A stretch of DNA of 32,000 nt from Bacteroidaceae bacterium (GCA_963604935.1 CAVCRX010000061.1:143593-175592), one strand, 5' to 3'. Shown: positions 9,532 to 17,774, counted from the first letter of the stretch. Notes: generated by a model from the letters alone, not told the origin. Translations and numbers: made by a program.

Positions 9532-11205
9532 TTACTTAGTCTTAACTGACTTTTTGCCAGACCAGCCGGAATAGTATGTCTTACCATTCACTACCTTGTA
9601 GGTACGAACTTGTACGTAATACTTCTTCTTTTTCTTGAGCTTGGAAATCTTCTTGCTCGTAGTTTTAGCGGATGCAACCTTAACAGTCTTAGCTGACTTC
9701 ATATTGCTTTTTAAGCTATAGCGAATCTGATATCCCGTGACCCCAGACTTCTTATTCCACTTGACGGTAAACGCCTTCTTGGCCTTCTTCAACGACTTAA
9801 TCGCGGTAGCAGAAGGATTAGAAACCTTTGTAGTGGTTGCAGCAGGGATAATTGTCACGGTGCTACCATCAGGTGTGGTCCAAGAATTATTATCGGGGTT
9901 AATTACCCAGCCAGAATCATTAGAAACACTCAGCGTCATGGTTTTGCTTACAGCTTCATAATCATCGGTTCCAGCAAACTCAACGGTAATCTTAGTAGTG
10001 CCAGACTTTAGGGGAGTAACAACACCACTTGTAGAATCCACCGTAGCAACTGAAGTGTCACTAGATGTATATTTTGCCGCCGTACCAGAGCTAGACTTTG
10101 CACTCAGCGTAAACTTACCATCGCTAAGCTTGACAGACTTCTCAGAATCAAACCCGCTGATAGTGGGGGTGTCTTTGTCTTTAACTGTAATGGTATAAGC
10201 AACCTCTTTGCCAAGTGCTGTATTTGTCAAAACAGCCGTACCAGCCTTTAATCCCGTTACTGTATTCCCATCTAGCTTTACCACATCGGAACCAGATTTA
10301 ATAAACCAATTGCCGAGGGATACTTGAAGAGAAGGGTTGAAACAAAGGCCTTTGATTCTTACCGTGCAGGTTACGGGAAGTGAGATAGATTTATTATTTT
10401 TTATCGATTTAGACAAGTCTTCATCTTGGATAACAAATTTATAATAATCAATATAGCTTTTTGCGATCGAGACGCTTACAGCTTTCTTTGCATCATCTAA
10501 ACCTGAAATCTCATTGGTAGCAGAGCCTAACTCCATTGCCCAATACCTAACCCCATTATGTTCAAAACAGGCGATACCAACAGCTGTATATGTGGTTCCT
10601 AGCATATTACGACGATGACCTTGGCCGTTGTAGTCGCAGCTATCCTCACGCCAAGACTCAAAAGCCGCTTTTGCATCAAAGAGCTCCTCTTTAACATTAA
10701 AAGCAGGATTTGCCTCAATATCATTACTTGCCACGATATTTTCGCCTGTCGCAGTTTTGCCTGAAGAAGAAATTACGGTATTGTAGCTCTTCCCATTAGG
10801 GCGCTCGTGTTCAAATCTAACAGCAATTTCTGCTGCCCTCTGCATAGCAATTTCTTCAAGCTCAGAGTCCCACTTGAGTTCTTTCAGTCCCGTAACGTAT
10901 TGCCTGTGACCAGACTCGTCATAGTAAGACCAAACGTTACTAGCTTTCTTGTTGCCGTCCTCGTCATAAGCCCACGGTGTATTCCCGTCGTTGTAGTCAA
11001 TTTCAGCAGTCCTAAACTTATTCACCATCGCGAGCATCGAATAAGCGTCTGATTGGTGATAAGTACCCTCAATAGTCACGTCATACAGCTCGTCATCTGC
11101 CCACGCCTGGCTAGCGCTACCAACAAGCCCACAACCACACATCACCAAAGCCGCAGCAAGTAACACCGCAGCCCTTCGAAGCTTCAATCCAAAACAAATA
11201 TTCAT
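9532..11205 (-). CDS. Secreted CAP/SCP (PR-1-like) domain protein with Ig-like (Big_2-type) repeats and a Lys-rich FN3-like C-terminal module
   Basis: 557 aa. Signal peptide LLAAALVMCGCGLVGSASQAWA. CAP-type motif GHRRNMLGTTYTAVGIACFEHNGVRYWAMEL. Big_2-like KYTSSDTSVATVDSTSGVVTPLKSGTTKITV. The C-terminal 89 aa contain 27 Lys. Confidence 0.8.
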   Translation of the reverse strand: MNICFGLKLRRAAVLLAAALVMCGCGLVGSASQAWADDELYDVTIEGTYHQSDAYSMLAMVNKFRTAEIDYNDGNTPWAYDEDGNKKASNVWSYYDESGHRQYVTGLKELKWDSELEEIAMQRAAEIAVRFEHERPNGKSYNTVISSSGKTATGENIVASNDIEANPAFNVKEELFDAKAAFESWREDSCDYNGQGHRRNMLGTTYTAVGIACFEHNGVRYWAMELGSATNEISGLDDAKKAVSVSIAKSYIDYYKFVIQDEDLSKSIKNNKSISLPVTCTVRIKGLCFNPSLQVSLGNWFIKSGSDVVKLDGNTVTGLKAGTAVLTNTALGKEVAYTITVKDKDTPTISGFDSEKSVKLSDGKFTLSAKSSSGTAAKYTSSDTSVATVDSTSGVVTPLKSGTTKITVEFAGTDDYEAVSKTMTLSVSNDSGWVINPDNNSWTTPDGSTVTIIPAATTTKVSNPSATAIKSLKKAKKAFTVKWNKKSGVTGYQIRYSLKSNMKSAKTVKVASAKTTSKKISKLKKKKKYYVQVRTYKVVNGKTYYSGWSGKKSVKTK

Positions 11206-11330
11206 ACGTAAAATCCTGTCTCATATGCCAAAACACTTAATTAATCTTTACCACAGAACAAGACTAAATACCTATATCTTTGCGGCTTTAAAGCAACATT
11301 GAACGGCAAATGATTGATTGACGGGTAACA

Positions 11331-11366
11331 ACAAACAAAAAGGAAGCAGGTCATCATCCTGCTTCC
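11331..11366 (-). terminator. Rho-independent terminator of the lipoprotein gene
   Basis: GGAAGCAGG (11342-11350) pairs with CCTGCTTCC (11358-11366). On the minus strand it is followed by TTTTTGTTTGTT. Confidence 0.65.
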
Positions 11367-11439
11367 CTATTACTCAAAAAAAAGATCGAACCTTAAAAAT
11401 AGCTGTCAGCCCATAAAACCTGACGCATTTATACCTCGT

Positions 11440-11892
11440 TTATTCCCTGCTGAGTTCAACTGTAGTCGTCGTTCCCATCATTGAAGCTTTATAGGAAAGC
11501 ACTCCGTTGCTATAGGAGAAATCTTTAGTGTCATCCATGGAAGCAAGGAGAGCAGATTCCGTCTTTTCTTTATCCCTCTCGCTTGTGAAGTCATAGCTAT
11601 CATCGGTGGTGTCGGGCTTTGGGAAAGATCCAACCCAATAAATGGACTCTGTTTTCCCGTTATCCATAACCCAGTTAATGGTAATTACATCGTCTTCGAT
11701 CGTAGCCTCCATGTATGTATCTTCGCTGGAGCTATTGCTTTGCTTCCATTTTCCGTCCAAAGACAAAAGAGCCTTCTGTTCTTGGGTTCCATTATTTTGT
11801 TCACCAGTATTTGATGTCGAAGAACATGCACACAGAGCAAAAACACAAGAAAAGACAACCAAGAATGCTCCGAATTTTGCTATAGATTTCAT
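11440..11892 (-). CDS. Small lipoprotein of unknown function
   Basis: 150 aa. MKSIAKFGAFLVVFSCVFALCAC SSTSN has a lipobox-like LCAC followed by a Ser/Thr/Asn-rich linker. AAAGGAA RBS. Confidence 0.7.
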   Translation of the reverse strand: MKSIAKFGAFLVVFSCVFALCACSSTSNTGEQNNGTQEQKALLSLDGKWKQSNSSSEDTYMEATIEDDVITINWVMDNGKTESIYWVGSFPKPDTTDDSYDFTSERDKEKTESALLASMDDTKDFSYSNGVLSYKASMMGTTTTVELSRE

Positions 11893-12118
11893 TTAAGTTC
11901 CTTTCAAAGTTGACAGAAGCGCTAATGATCCAGTCCAAGCTCTTCCGCCTTACACAAATAGAGCTTAAATCTATCGCAGTTTGAGAAAATGAGAGGGAAT
12001 CAGAGTTCCCACTTGAAACAAAAAAATCAAGCGTTTTCAGTTTTAAATAAACCGCAGAAACAACCACCAGGGTCTGGCGGCATAAAGGCAAAGTAAATAC
12101 CGATCAAATCAAAATCGT

Positions 12119-12158
12119 GGCACGAAAAAGAACTCCCTTTAGGATTCTTTTTCGTGCC
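12119..12158 (-). terminator. Strong hairpin in the AT-rich spacer, probably the terminator of the cI-like transcript
   Basis: A 14-bp stem pairs GGCACGAAAAAGAA (12119-12132) with TTCTTTTTCGTGCC (12145-12158). On the minus strand it is followed by ACGATTTTGATTTG. Confidence 0.45.
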
Positions 12159-12417
12159 TATTAATAAACATAAATACAACTAAATAAATGCACTCGTTTT
12201 ACATACTCTCTTTTATTTAGATAAATTATCTGAGCCAGCAAGGTTCGCTTGCGAGTAGCGCTTTACCAAAAAGATTTACTAATACATAAAATCTTATCTG
12301 CCTTAGCAGCGATTGCTAGCATCGGAAACTTTATTTTTTTTAATTACAGGAATATAAGCAAGATAAACGAATGGCAAAAAAGCAAAAAACAGCGTTTGAT
12401 AACCAATCAATTTTCTA

Positions 12418-13044
12418 TTAGTCATGATTCACCTCCATACAGAGGTAGCGAACAACGCCTAAAATCTGCAACTCTGGGGTTTTTGGCGCGGTGGTATCCA
12501 CAATGAAGCGAGTGAAACCTTCTTCCCATGTATCAGGGGAAAAGATATAAACACCTTCAACCTCACGCATTGTGCGCAGTTCTGGCTTGCAGCTATCAAC
12601 AGAAACTAAAACAATATCTCCGTCTTGCGGTTCATCATATATATCTATAAGTACATCACACCCAGCAGGGATACGTTTTCCCATTGCGTTGTTTGGCATG
12701 GTCATAAAATAATTGCCACTACTGCAAAGTTCAGGCGGCGCAAGAATAGACTTTCCGTTTTCGTGTGGAACTAAAGTTTTTATTGGTGACGGTTCTGAAT
12801 TTTTATTTAAGCCAGTTGACGTGCTATAGAATCCATTTGTTACACCAAATAGCTCATCTTCACCGCAACTAAGCACCTTATATAGACAATTCAGGGTTTC
12901 CACGCTTTTAGGCTTTACACCCCTGCTCTCCCAACCACTTATTGTGATTGGAGTAACACCTATTGCATCAGCAAGTTCAGATTGCGTCATGCCTTTGTTT
13001 AGTCTTAATGCGCGTAGGTTTCTACCAAATGTAGTGTTCTTCAT
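12418..13044 (-). CDS. cI/LexA-like repressor: N-terminal XRE-family HTH plus a C-terminal S24-peptidase-like domain (catalytic residues apparently not conserved)
   Basis: 208 aa with a GAAGGAGG RBS. HTH: LRLNKGMTQSELADAIGVTPITISGWE. S24-like region: MPNNAMGKRIPAGCDVLIDIYDEPQDGDIVLV...LQILGVV. Confidence 0.8.
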   Translation of the reverse strand: MKNTTFGRNLRALRLNKGMTQSELADAIGVTPITISGWESRGVKPKSVETLNCLYKVLSCGEDELFGVTNGFYSTSTGLNKNSEPSPIKTLVPHENGKSILAPPELCSSGNYFMTMPNNAMGKRIPAGCDVLIDIYDEPQDGDIVLVSVDSCKPELRTMREVEGVYIFSPDTWEEGFTRFIVDTTAPKTPELQILGVVRYLCMEVNHD

Positions 13045-13068
13045 AAAAAACCTCCTTCAACTATAAGC

Positions 13069-13137
13069 ATAGTTTAGTTTATATAATAGTCAATTATCTG
13101 GAAAATAACTATTGCTTAACCTTATAGTTTGATTTAT
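13069..13137. promoter_or_regulatory. Divergent switch region with two copies of ATAGTTTNNTTTAT (candidate operators) and a TATAAT box
   Basis: ATAGTTTAGTTTAT sits at 13069-13082 and ATAGTTTGATTTAT at 13124-13137. The outer flanks form an inverted AAGCATA...TATGCTT. TATAAT is at 13082-13087 on the plus strand. Confidence 0.35.
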
Positions 13138-13166
13138 GCTTGAACAAGCGAAAGGAGGGTAACGGT

Positions 13167-13430
13167 ATGAGTAATTGCTTAAAAGCGTCTCGTGTGGCGA
13201 GCGGTTTAAGGCAGGAAGATATAGCAAAACACCTGAACATAGCTACAGGAACAGTTTCTACATTCGAAGGGAATGTTGAGCAAATTCGTCTACGAGATTT
13301 TAAACGATGGTTTAATCTTTGTTCAGATGAAGGTAAGGCTGTTATTAGGGAATACCTTCGGACTAGTTTTTTTAACCATAAACTAAAAGGAAATATTATA
13401 ATAAGACAAGAAAACAATGAACGAGTTTAA
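13167..13430 (+). CDS. Cro-like XRE-family HTH protein
   Basis: 87 aa from ATG 13167, with AAAGGAGGG 7 nt upstream. HTH: LRQEDIAKHLNIATGTVSTFE. It is divergent from the cI-like gene. Confidence 0.7.
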   Translation: MSNCLKASRVASGLRQEDIAKHLNIATGTVSTFEGNVEQIRLRDFKRWFNLCSDEGKAVIREYLRTSFFNHKLKGNIIIRQENNERV

Positions 13431-13521
13431 ATACCAGTCAAATCGACACTGCGAGTCAAAATACGGCCTAGCCAAAAATGTTCCTTTGGGAACGCTCCGT
13501 AGGGAGCAATCTGACTTGCCA

Positions 13522-13549
13522 AGAGCCCCAGTTGGGGCTCTTTTATTTT
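13522..13549 (+). terminator. Rho-independent terminator
   Basis: AGAGCCCC (13522-13529), AGTT loop, GGGGCTCT (13534-13541), then TTTATTTT. Confidence 0.7.
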
Positions 13550-13702
13550 ACGAGAGATCCCCTGCTCTAGTAGTTATAAGCCCAAATAAATGACGAGTGA
13601 ACAGCAAGTTAGAGCATACGGATACACCCATTGGCAAGCTAACATATTGAGATTTACAGCGTGTCCAACAGACTACTCAGACAAGCAAATTTTAAAAATA
13701 AT

Positions 13703-14686
13703 TTACCCCAGGCCCTGCAAGATCTCTTCCAAATAAGCCTTGTAGACCTTCTTCAGGCTTGCGGGATGCTCGATTGTCACATGCGTTCCGCGCTCGGCCA
13801 ACCAAGCAAAAAAGGTAGGCGACTCCATCACCACCGCATGAACGCGAGCGTGCTTATCATCAACAGGCGTTGTCACAACGTCTATACCAAAACGGTCGAT
13901 CACAGCACCCATCGCAAGGTCATCAACAATAAAAGTAGCCGAAACAACTTCGCCGGTATACATTCCGAACGAACGATTGGCGTACTCGGCCAAATCGAAA
14001 TTTGCCAGCTTTTTATTACGGCTAGCAGGCTCTTCACAAACCTCGATACTCAACATGCGATCAAGGCGATAATTAGCAAAGTCGTCATACTTGTCGGAAT
14101 AGGCAACCAAATAATAGCAATCGTTAACGTAAGCCAGTTGCACAGGCGTAGCCACATAACGCTGCCCATCGCGACGCAAAACGCGCTCCTTCTTCACATC
14201 GTAGCGAAAGTACAAAAAGCTGATTTTGCGCTTGTCTGCCAATGCCCTTTGAATAGCATCCAGATTGTAGAACACCGATTCGTTCTGCATCTTTATGCGG
14301 CCTTCAACGTGCAAGCGATGATTCAAATCTTCCTGCTGGCACTGCGAAGCAAGCGACTTAATAGCCTTCACCAAGCTTGCCGACTTACCCTCGGTCAAAA
14401 AGCGTGAACTTTGCACTGAATCAACCAACAAACGTAGCTCGCCTTCGCTAAAGGGGCGCGAAACCAAGGCATATTGCACCGGCGACGTGCGTAAACGCTC
14501 AATCTCAAAACCACAAGAATCCAGCGCTTCAAGGTCGCGATAGATTGCCTTACGCTCAGCATCAATCCCGCGCTCAGCCAGAGCCTGAATAATCTGCGGC
14601 ATAGTAAGCCCGCGCTCTTCGTCGGTCTGACTAAATAAAATCTTAAGGAGTTCTAGCAGCTTTGTTTTTTGGTTACTTTGGGCCAT
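13703..14686 (-). CDS. WYL-domain transcriptional regulator (wHTH-WYL-WCX architecture)
   Basis: 327 aa with an AAGGAG RBS. N-terminal wHTH: LTMPQIIQALAERGIDAERKAIYRDLEAL. WYL-like core: ISFLYFRYD...YYLVAYSDKYDDFANYRLDRM. It lies 21 nt downstream of the MFS gene on the same strand. Confidence 0.8.
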   Translation of the reverse strand: MAQSNQKTKLLELLKILFSQTDEERGLTMPQIIQALAERGIDAERKAIYRDLEALDSCGFEIERLRTSPVQYALVSRPFSEGELRLLVDSVQSSRFLTEGKSASLVKAIKSLASQCQQEDLNHRLHVEGRIKMQNESVFYNLDAIQRALADKRKISFLYFRYDVKKERVLRRDGQRYVATPVQLAYVNDCYYLVAYSDKYDDFANYRLDRMLSIEVCEEPASRNKKLANFDLAEYANRSFGMYTGEVVSATFIVDDLAMGAVIDRFGIDVVTTPVDDKHARVHAVVMESPTFFAWLAERGTHVTIEHPASLKKVYKAYLEEILQGLG

Positions 14687-14707
14687 AAGCTAGACTCCTT
14701 GCGCAGC

Positions 14708-15982
14708 TTAGCGGCGGCGTAAATTGCCGGCAACCGAAGGGCCTTTTTGCAGGTAAATAACCATAACAATAACGAAGGCGATGACACTCGTGAAAGTCAA
14801 AATGCCGTACGAAATGGTGTAGGTTCTCGTAATCTCCATAAGGATGCCAGGCAAAAAGTTAAAGGCAAATCCGCCCAGGTTGTAAGCAATCTGTAAGTCT
14901 TTTACCAGGCGGCTGCGCTCCATTGAAGTAGAAAGATCAAGCGACCAAACACTAATTCCTACGGTACCAAGCGCCGCACCTAAGCCAAGCAACACCATGC
15001 CAATTGCGGTAAGAACCTGATTTTGCAAACCCGCAAAGGTACAAATAAACAAGCCGGCAATCATCATGACAAAAAATATTGCCGAACCCATGCGCGTACC
15101 AACTGCGTCAAACACGATGCCCGTCAAAAACTTACCCAAGGTTAGAGCCAAACCAGCAACCGAAAGCATGATAGCGCTATAAAAAGCTGGGAAGCCAGAA
15201 GACGTCATCAAAATACCCAGATAACCAAAACCCGCAATACTTACCGAACCAATGCAAACCATGCCAACAAACATTGCATGATGAGCAATAGGCTTTAAGG
15301 GACGCGTAGCTCCCATATGAACATGAGGCTTATTGTCTTCAAGCTCATGAGGGTTAATGTACTTATGCAGGCCCATTTCTTCTGGCTGGTTGCGCAGCAA
15401 AAACAGCACCAATAAGCCAACCGCTAAAGCGATGCCGGCCTCTGTCCAGAAAGAAACAGCCAAGGAATAATTTTCAATTAGCGCATGAACCACGATAGGC
15501 ATAAGCATCGAAGCCACGCCGCTACCACAGGAAGCAATACCAACAGCGGTGCCAACATTACTTTCAAACCAGCGGCCAACCAAAAAGGTCATACAGACCA
15601 TACCGCCAAGGCCATAGCCCGCACCCGCAATTACGGCGCCAATCATAAACTGCCATAAGTTGCTAGCAAATCCATAAACAACAAAGCCTGCACCAGTAAG
15701 CATGCAGGCAATAAAAACACCTAGTCGGCAGTCAAAAAAGCGATACCACTTAACAACCAAAAACATACAAACAAGCGACACAAAAGTGCGACAAGCAAGA
15801 ACCATAGAACCGCCCGTATCACCCACGCCTGGGGTTGCAACGATATAGGTTTGGTACACATTGAAAGAAGTACTAGGCAAGCCAATGTTTACAAAAAGAA
15901 ACAGGAAACAACAGGCACACACCACTCGCTCGTAGTGTTTAGCTAGTATTGCCTTCATACAGGCGATCATCTTCTTTCGCAT
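14708..15982 (-). CDS. MFS transporter (substrate unknown)
   Basis: Polytopic membrane protein of about 12 TM segments. The track ORF (to 16108) overlaps ettA, so I moved the start to ATG 15982 (MRKKMIACMKAIL...). That ATG lies 7 nt downstream of a TTATAT box and may be leaderless. ATGs at 15970 and 15958 are alternatives. Confidence 0.75.
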   Translation of the reverse strand: MRKKMIACMKAILAKHYERVVCACCFLFLFVNIGLPSTSFNVYQTYIVATPGVGDTGGSMVLACRTFVSLVCMFLVVKWYRFFDCRLGVFIACMLTGAGFVVYGFASNLWQFMIGAVIAGAGYGLGGMVCMTFLVGRWFESNVGTAVGIASCGSGVASMLMPIVVHALIENYSLAVSFWTEAGIALAVGLLVLFLLRNQPEEMGLHKYINPHELEDNKPHVHMGATRPLKPIAHHAMFVGMVCIGSVSIAGFGYLGILMTSSGFPAFYSAIMLSVAGLALTLGKFLTGIVFDAVGTRMGSAIFFVMMIAGLFICTFAGLQNQVLTAIGMVLLGLGAALGTVGISVWSLDLSTSMERSRLVKDLQIAYNLGGFAFNFLPGILMEITRTYTISYGILTFTSVIAFVIVMVIYLQKGPSVAGNLRRR

Positions 15983-16094
15983 AATAAAGATATAAATCTT
16001 TATGGGAGTATAGCAATTCGCGAACAAAGCCAATACGTGAGACAATGAGCGGCAGCATGTTTCCATAAACGAAGCAAGGACAGGAGTGCCCTTC

Positions 16095-17774
16095 ATGGCA
16101 GAGTTCATTTACCAGATGTATAAAGCCCGCAAGGCTCACGGCGACAAAGTAATTTTGGACGACGTGACGCTTAGCTTTTACCCTGGCGCAAAAATTGGTG
16201 TGGTTGGCCCCAATGGCATGGGTAAATCTACCCTGCTTAAAATCATGGCTGGCCTGGAAGAAGTCAGCAATGGCGACGCAAAACTGACCCCTGGCTATTC
16301 TGTTGGTATTTTGATGCAGGAGCCACCCCTGGAAGAAAACAAGACAGTCTTGGAAAATGTCCAGATGGCCTTTGGCGACATCCTTGCAAAGATCGACCGC
16401 TTTAATGCCATCGGTGCTGAAATGGGCGAGCCCGACGCTGATTTTGATGCCCTTATGGAAGAGATGGGCAAACTGCAAGATGCCATCGACGCAGCTAACG
16501 GTTGGGATTTAGATAGCCAGCTTTCGCAGGCAATGGATGCACTGCAGTGCCCTGACCCTGATATGCCTGTCAATGTCCTTTCAGGTGGCGAGCGCAGGCG
16601 CGTTGCTTTATGCCGTCTTCTGCTTGAGGCACCTGACCTGCTTCTTTTGGACGAACCTACCAACCACCTGGATGCCGAATCCGTCTTGTGGTTGGAGCAA
16701 TTCCTGCAGAATTATCCTGGTGCCGTTCTGGCAGTTACGCACGACCGCTACTTCCTTGACCATGTGGCCGAATGGATTTGCGAGGTCGACCGCGGACAGT
16801 TATTCCCTTACAAGGGCAATTACTCTACCTATCTGGAGACTAAGGCCGCACGTATCGAAGCGCAAGGTCAGCAGCAGGCAAAGCTTGCTAAGAAGATGAA
16901 GCGCGAGCTTGAGTGGGTTCGCTCAAGCCCCAAGGCTCGCCAGGCCAAGAGCAAGGCTCGTTTGGCAGCTTATGAACAGATGGAAGCCGAAGCTCGTGCC
17001 GCCAAGGATGTCGACTACTCCGAAATTCATATCCCTGTTGGCCCCCGCCTGGGCAATAAGGTTCTTGTGGCTGAGCATCTACATAAGGAATTTGATGGTC
17101 GCGTACTTATTGACGACCTTTCATTCCAACTCCCCCGCAACGGCATTGTTGGCGTTATCGGCCCTAACGGCGTTGGCAAAACAACCTTATTTAAAACCAT
17201 CGTTGGTTTGGAGCCTTTAACTTCTGGCACACTTGAAGTTGGCGACACCGTAAAGATTAGTTACGTCGATCAGAATCGTGAGGGCATCGACCCTGACACC
17301 AAGCTTTGGGAAGTTGTTTCTGGCGGCACCGACTACATGCAGGTTGGCGACACCGAAGTTCCCAGCCGTGCCTATGTTGCATCCTTTGGATTTAAGGGCT
17401 CCGACCAGCAAAAACCCGCTGGCGTTCTTTCCGGCGGCGAACGCAATCGCCTAAACTTGGCGCTCACCTTAAAGCAAGGCGGAAACCTTTTGCTTCTGGA
17501 CGAACCCACCAACGACCTTGATACCGAAACACTGGCAGCCCTAGAAGAGGCACTGCTTGAATTCCCTGGTTGCTCAGTGGTAGTAAGCCACGACCGCTGG
17601 TTCCTCGACCGCATTGCTACCCACATTCTTGCTTGGGAGGGCACCGATGAAAATCCCGGTAATTGGTTCTGGTTTGAGGGCAACTTTGACGATTACCAGA
17701 AGAATCGCATTGAGCGCCTAGGTGCCGAAGCCGCTAAGCCTCATCGTATCCATCGCAAGCTTACGCGTAACTAG
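16095..17774 (+). CDS. ettA: Energy-dependent translational throttle protein EttA (ABC-F ATPase)
   Basis: MAEFIYQMYKARKAHGDKVILDDVTLSFYPGAKIGVVGPNGMGKSTLLKIMAG, with two ABC cassettes (LSGGERRRVAL and LSGGERNRLNL). GGAG lies upstream of ATG 16095. Confidence 0.9.
   Translation: MAEFIYQMYKARKAHGDKVILDDVTLSFYPGAKIGVVGPNGMGKSTLLKIMAGLEEVSNGDAKLTPGYSVGILMQEPPLEENKTVLENVQMAFGDILAKIDRFNAIGAEMGEPDADFDALMEEMGKLQDAIDAANGWDLDSQLSQAMDALQCPDPDMPVNVLSGGERRRVALCRLLLEAPDLLLLDEPTNHLDAESVLWLEQFLQNYPGAVLAVTHDRYFLDHVAEWICEVDRGQLFPYKGNYSTYLETKAARIEAQGQQQAKLAKKMKRELEWVRSSPKARQAKSKARLAAYEQMEAEARAAKDVDYSEIHIPVGPRLGNKVLVAEHLHKEFDGRVLIDDLSFQLPRNGIVGVIGPNGVGKTTLFKTIVGLEPLTSGTLEVGDTVKISYVDQNREGIDPDTKLWEVVSGGTDYMQVGDTEVPSRAYVASFGFKGSDQQKPAGVLSGGERNRLNLALTLKQGGNLLLLDEPTNDLDTETLAALEEALLEFPGCSVVVSHDRWFLDRIATHILAWEGTDENPGNWFWFEGNFDDYQKNRIERLGAEAAKPHRIHRKLTRN

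Noticed and set aside
12249-12506. 85-aa plus-strand ORF in the AT-rich spacer
   Set aside because: It has a non-ATG start and no RBS, and it runs antisense into the 3' end of the cI-like gene. Its sequence reflects AT-rich composition.
11440-13593. Intact prophage or integrative element
   Set aside because: Only the switch module is present. I could recognise no integrase, excisionase, replication, packaging or lysis genes, and no flanking att repeats.
13417-13593. 58-codon ORF (MNEFKYQSNRHCESKYGLAKNVPLGTLRREQSDLPRAPVGALLFYERSPALVVISPNK) overlapping the cro-like stop
   Set aside because: It has no RBS, and a strong terminator hairpin (13522-13549) lies inside it. It has no recognisable domain. 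It could at most be a remnant of the next phage early gene.
13661-16478. ORFs 13661..14407 (+), 15939..16478 (-), 16295..16663 (-) and similar
   Set aside because: They are antisense to the WYL and ettA genes. They have no RBS and no motifs, and they overlap strongly supported genes.
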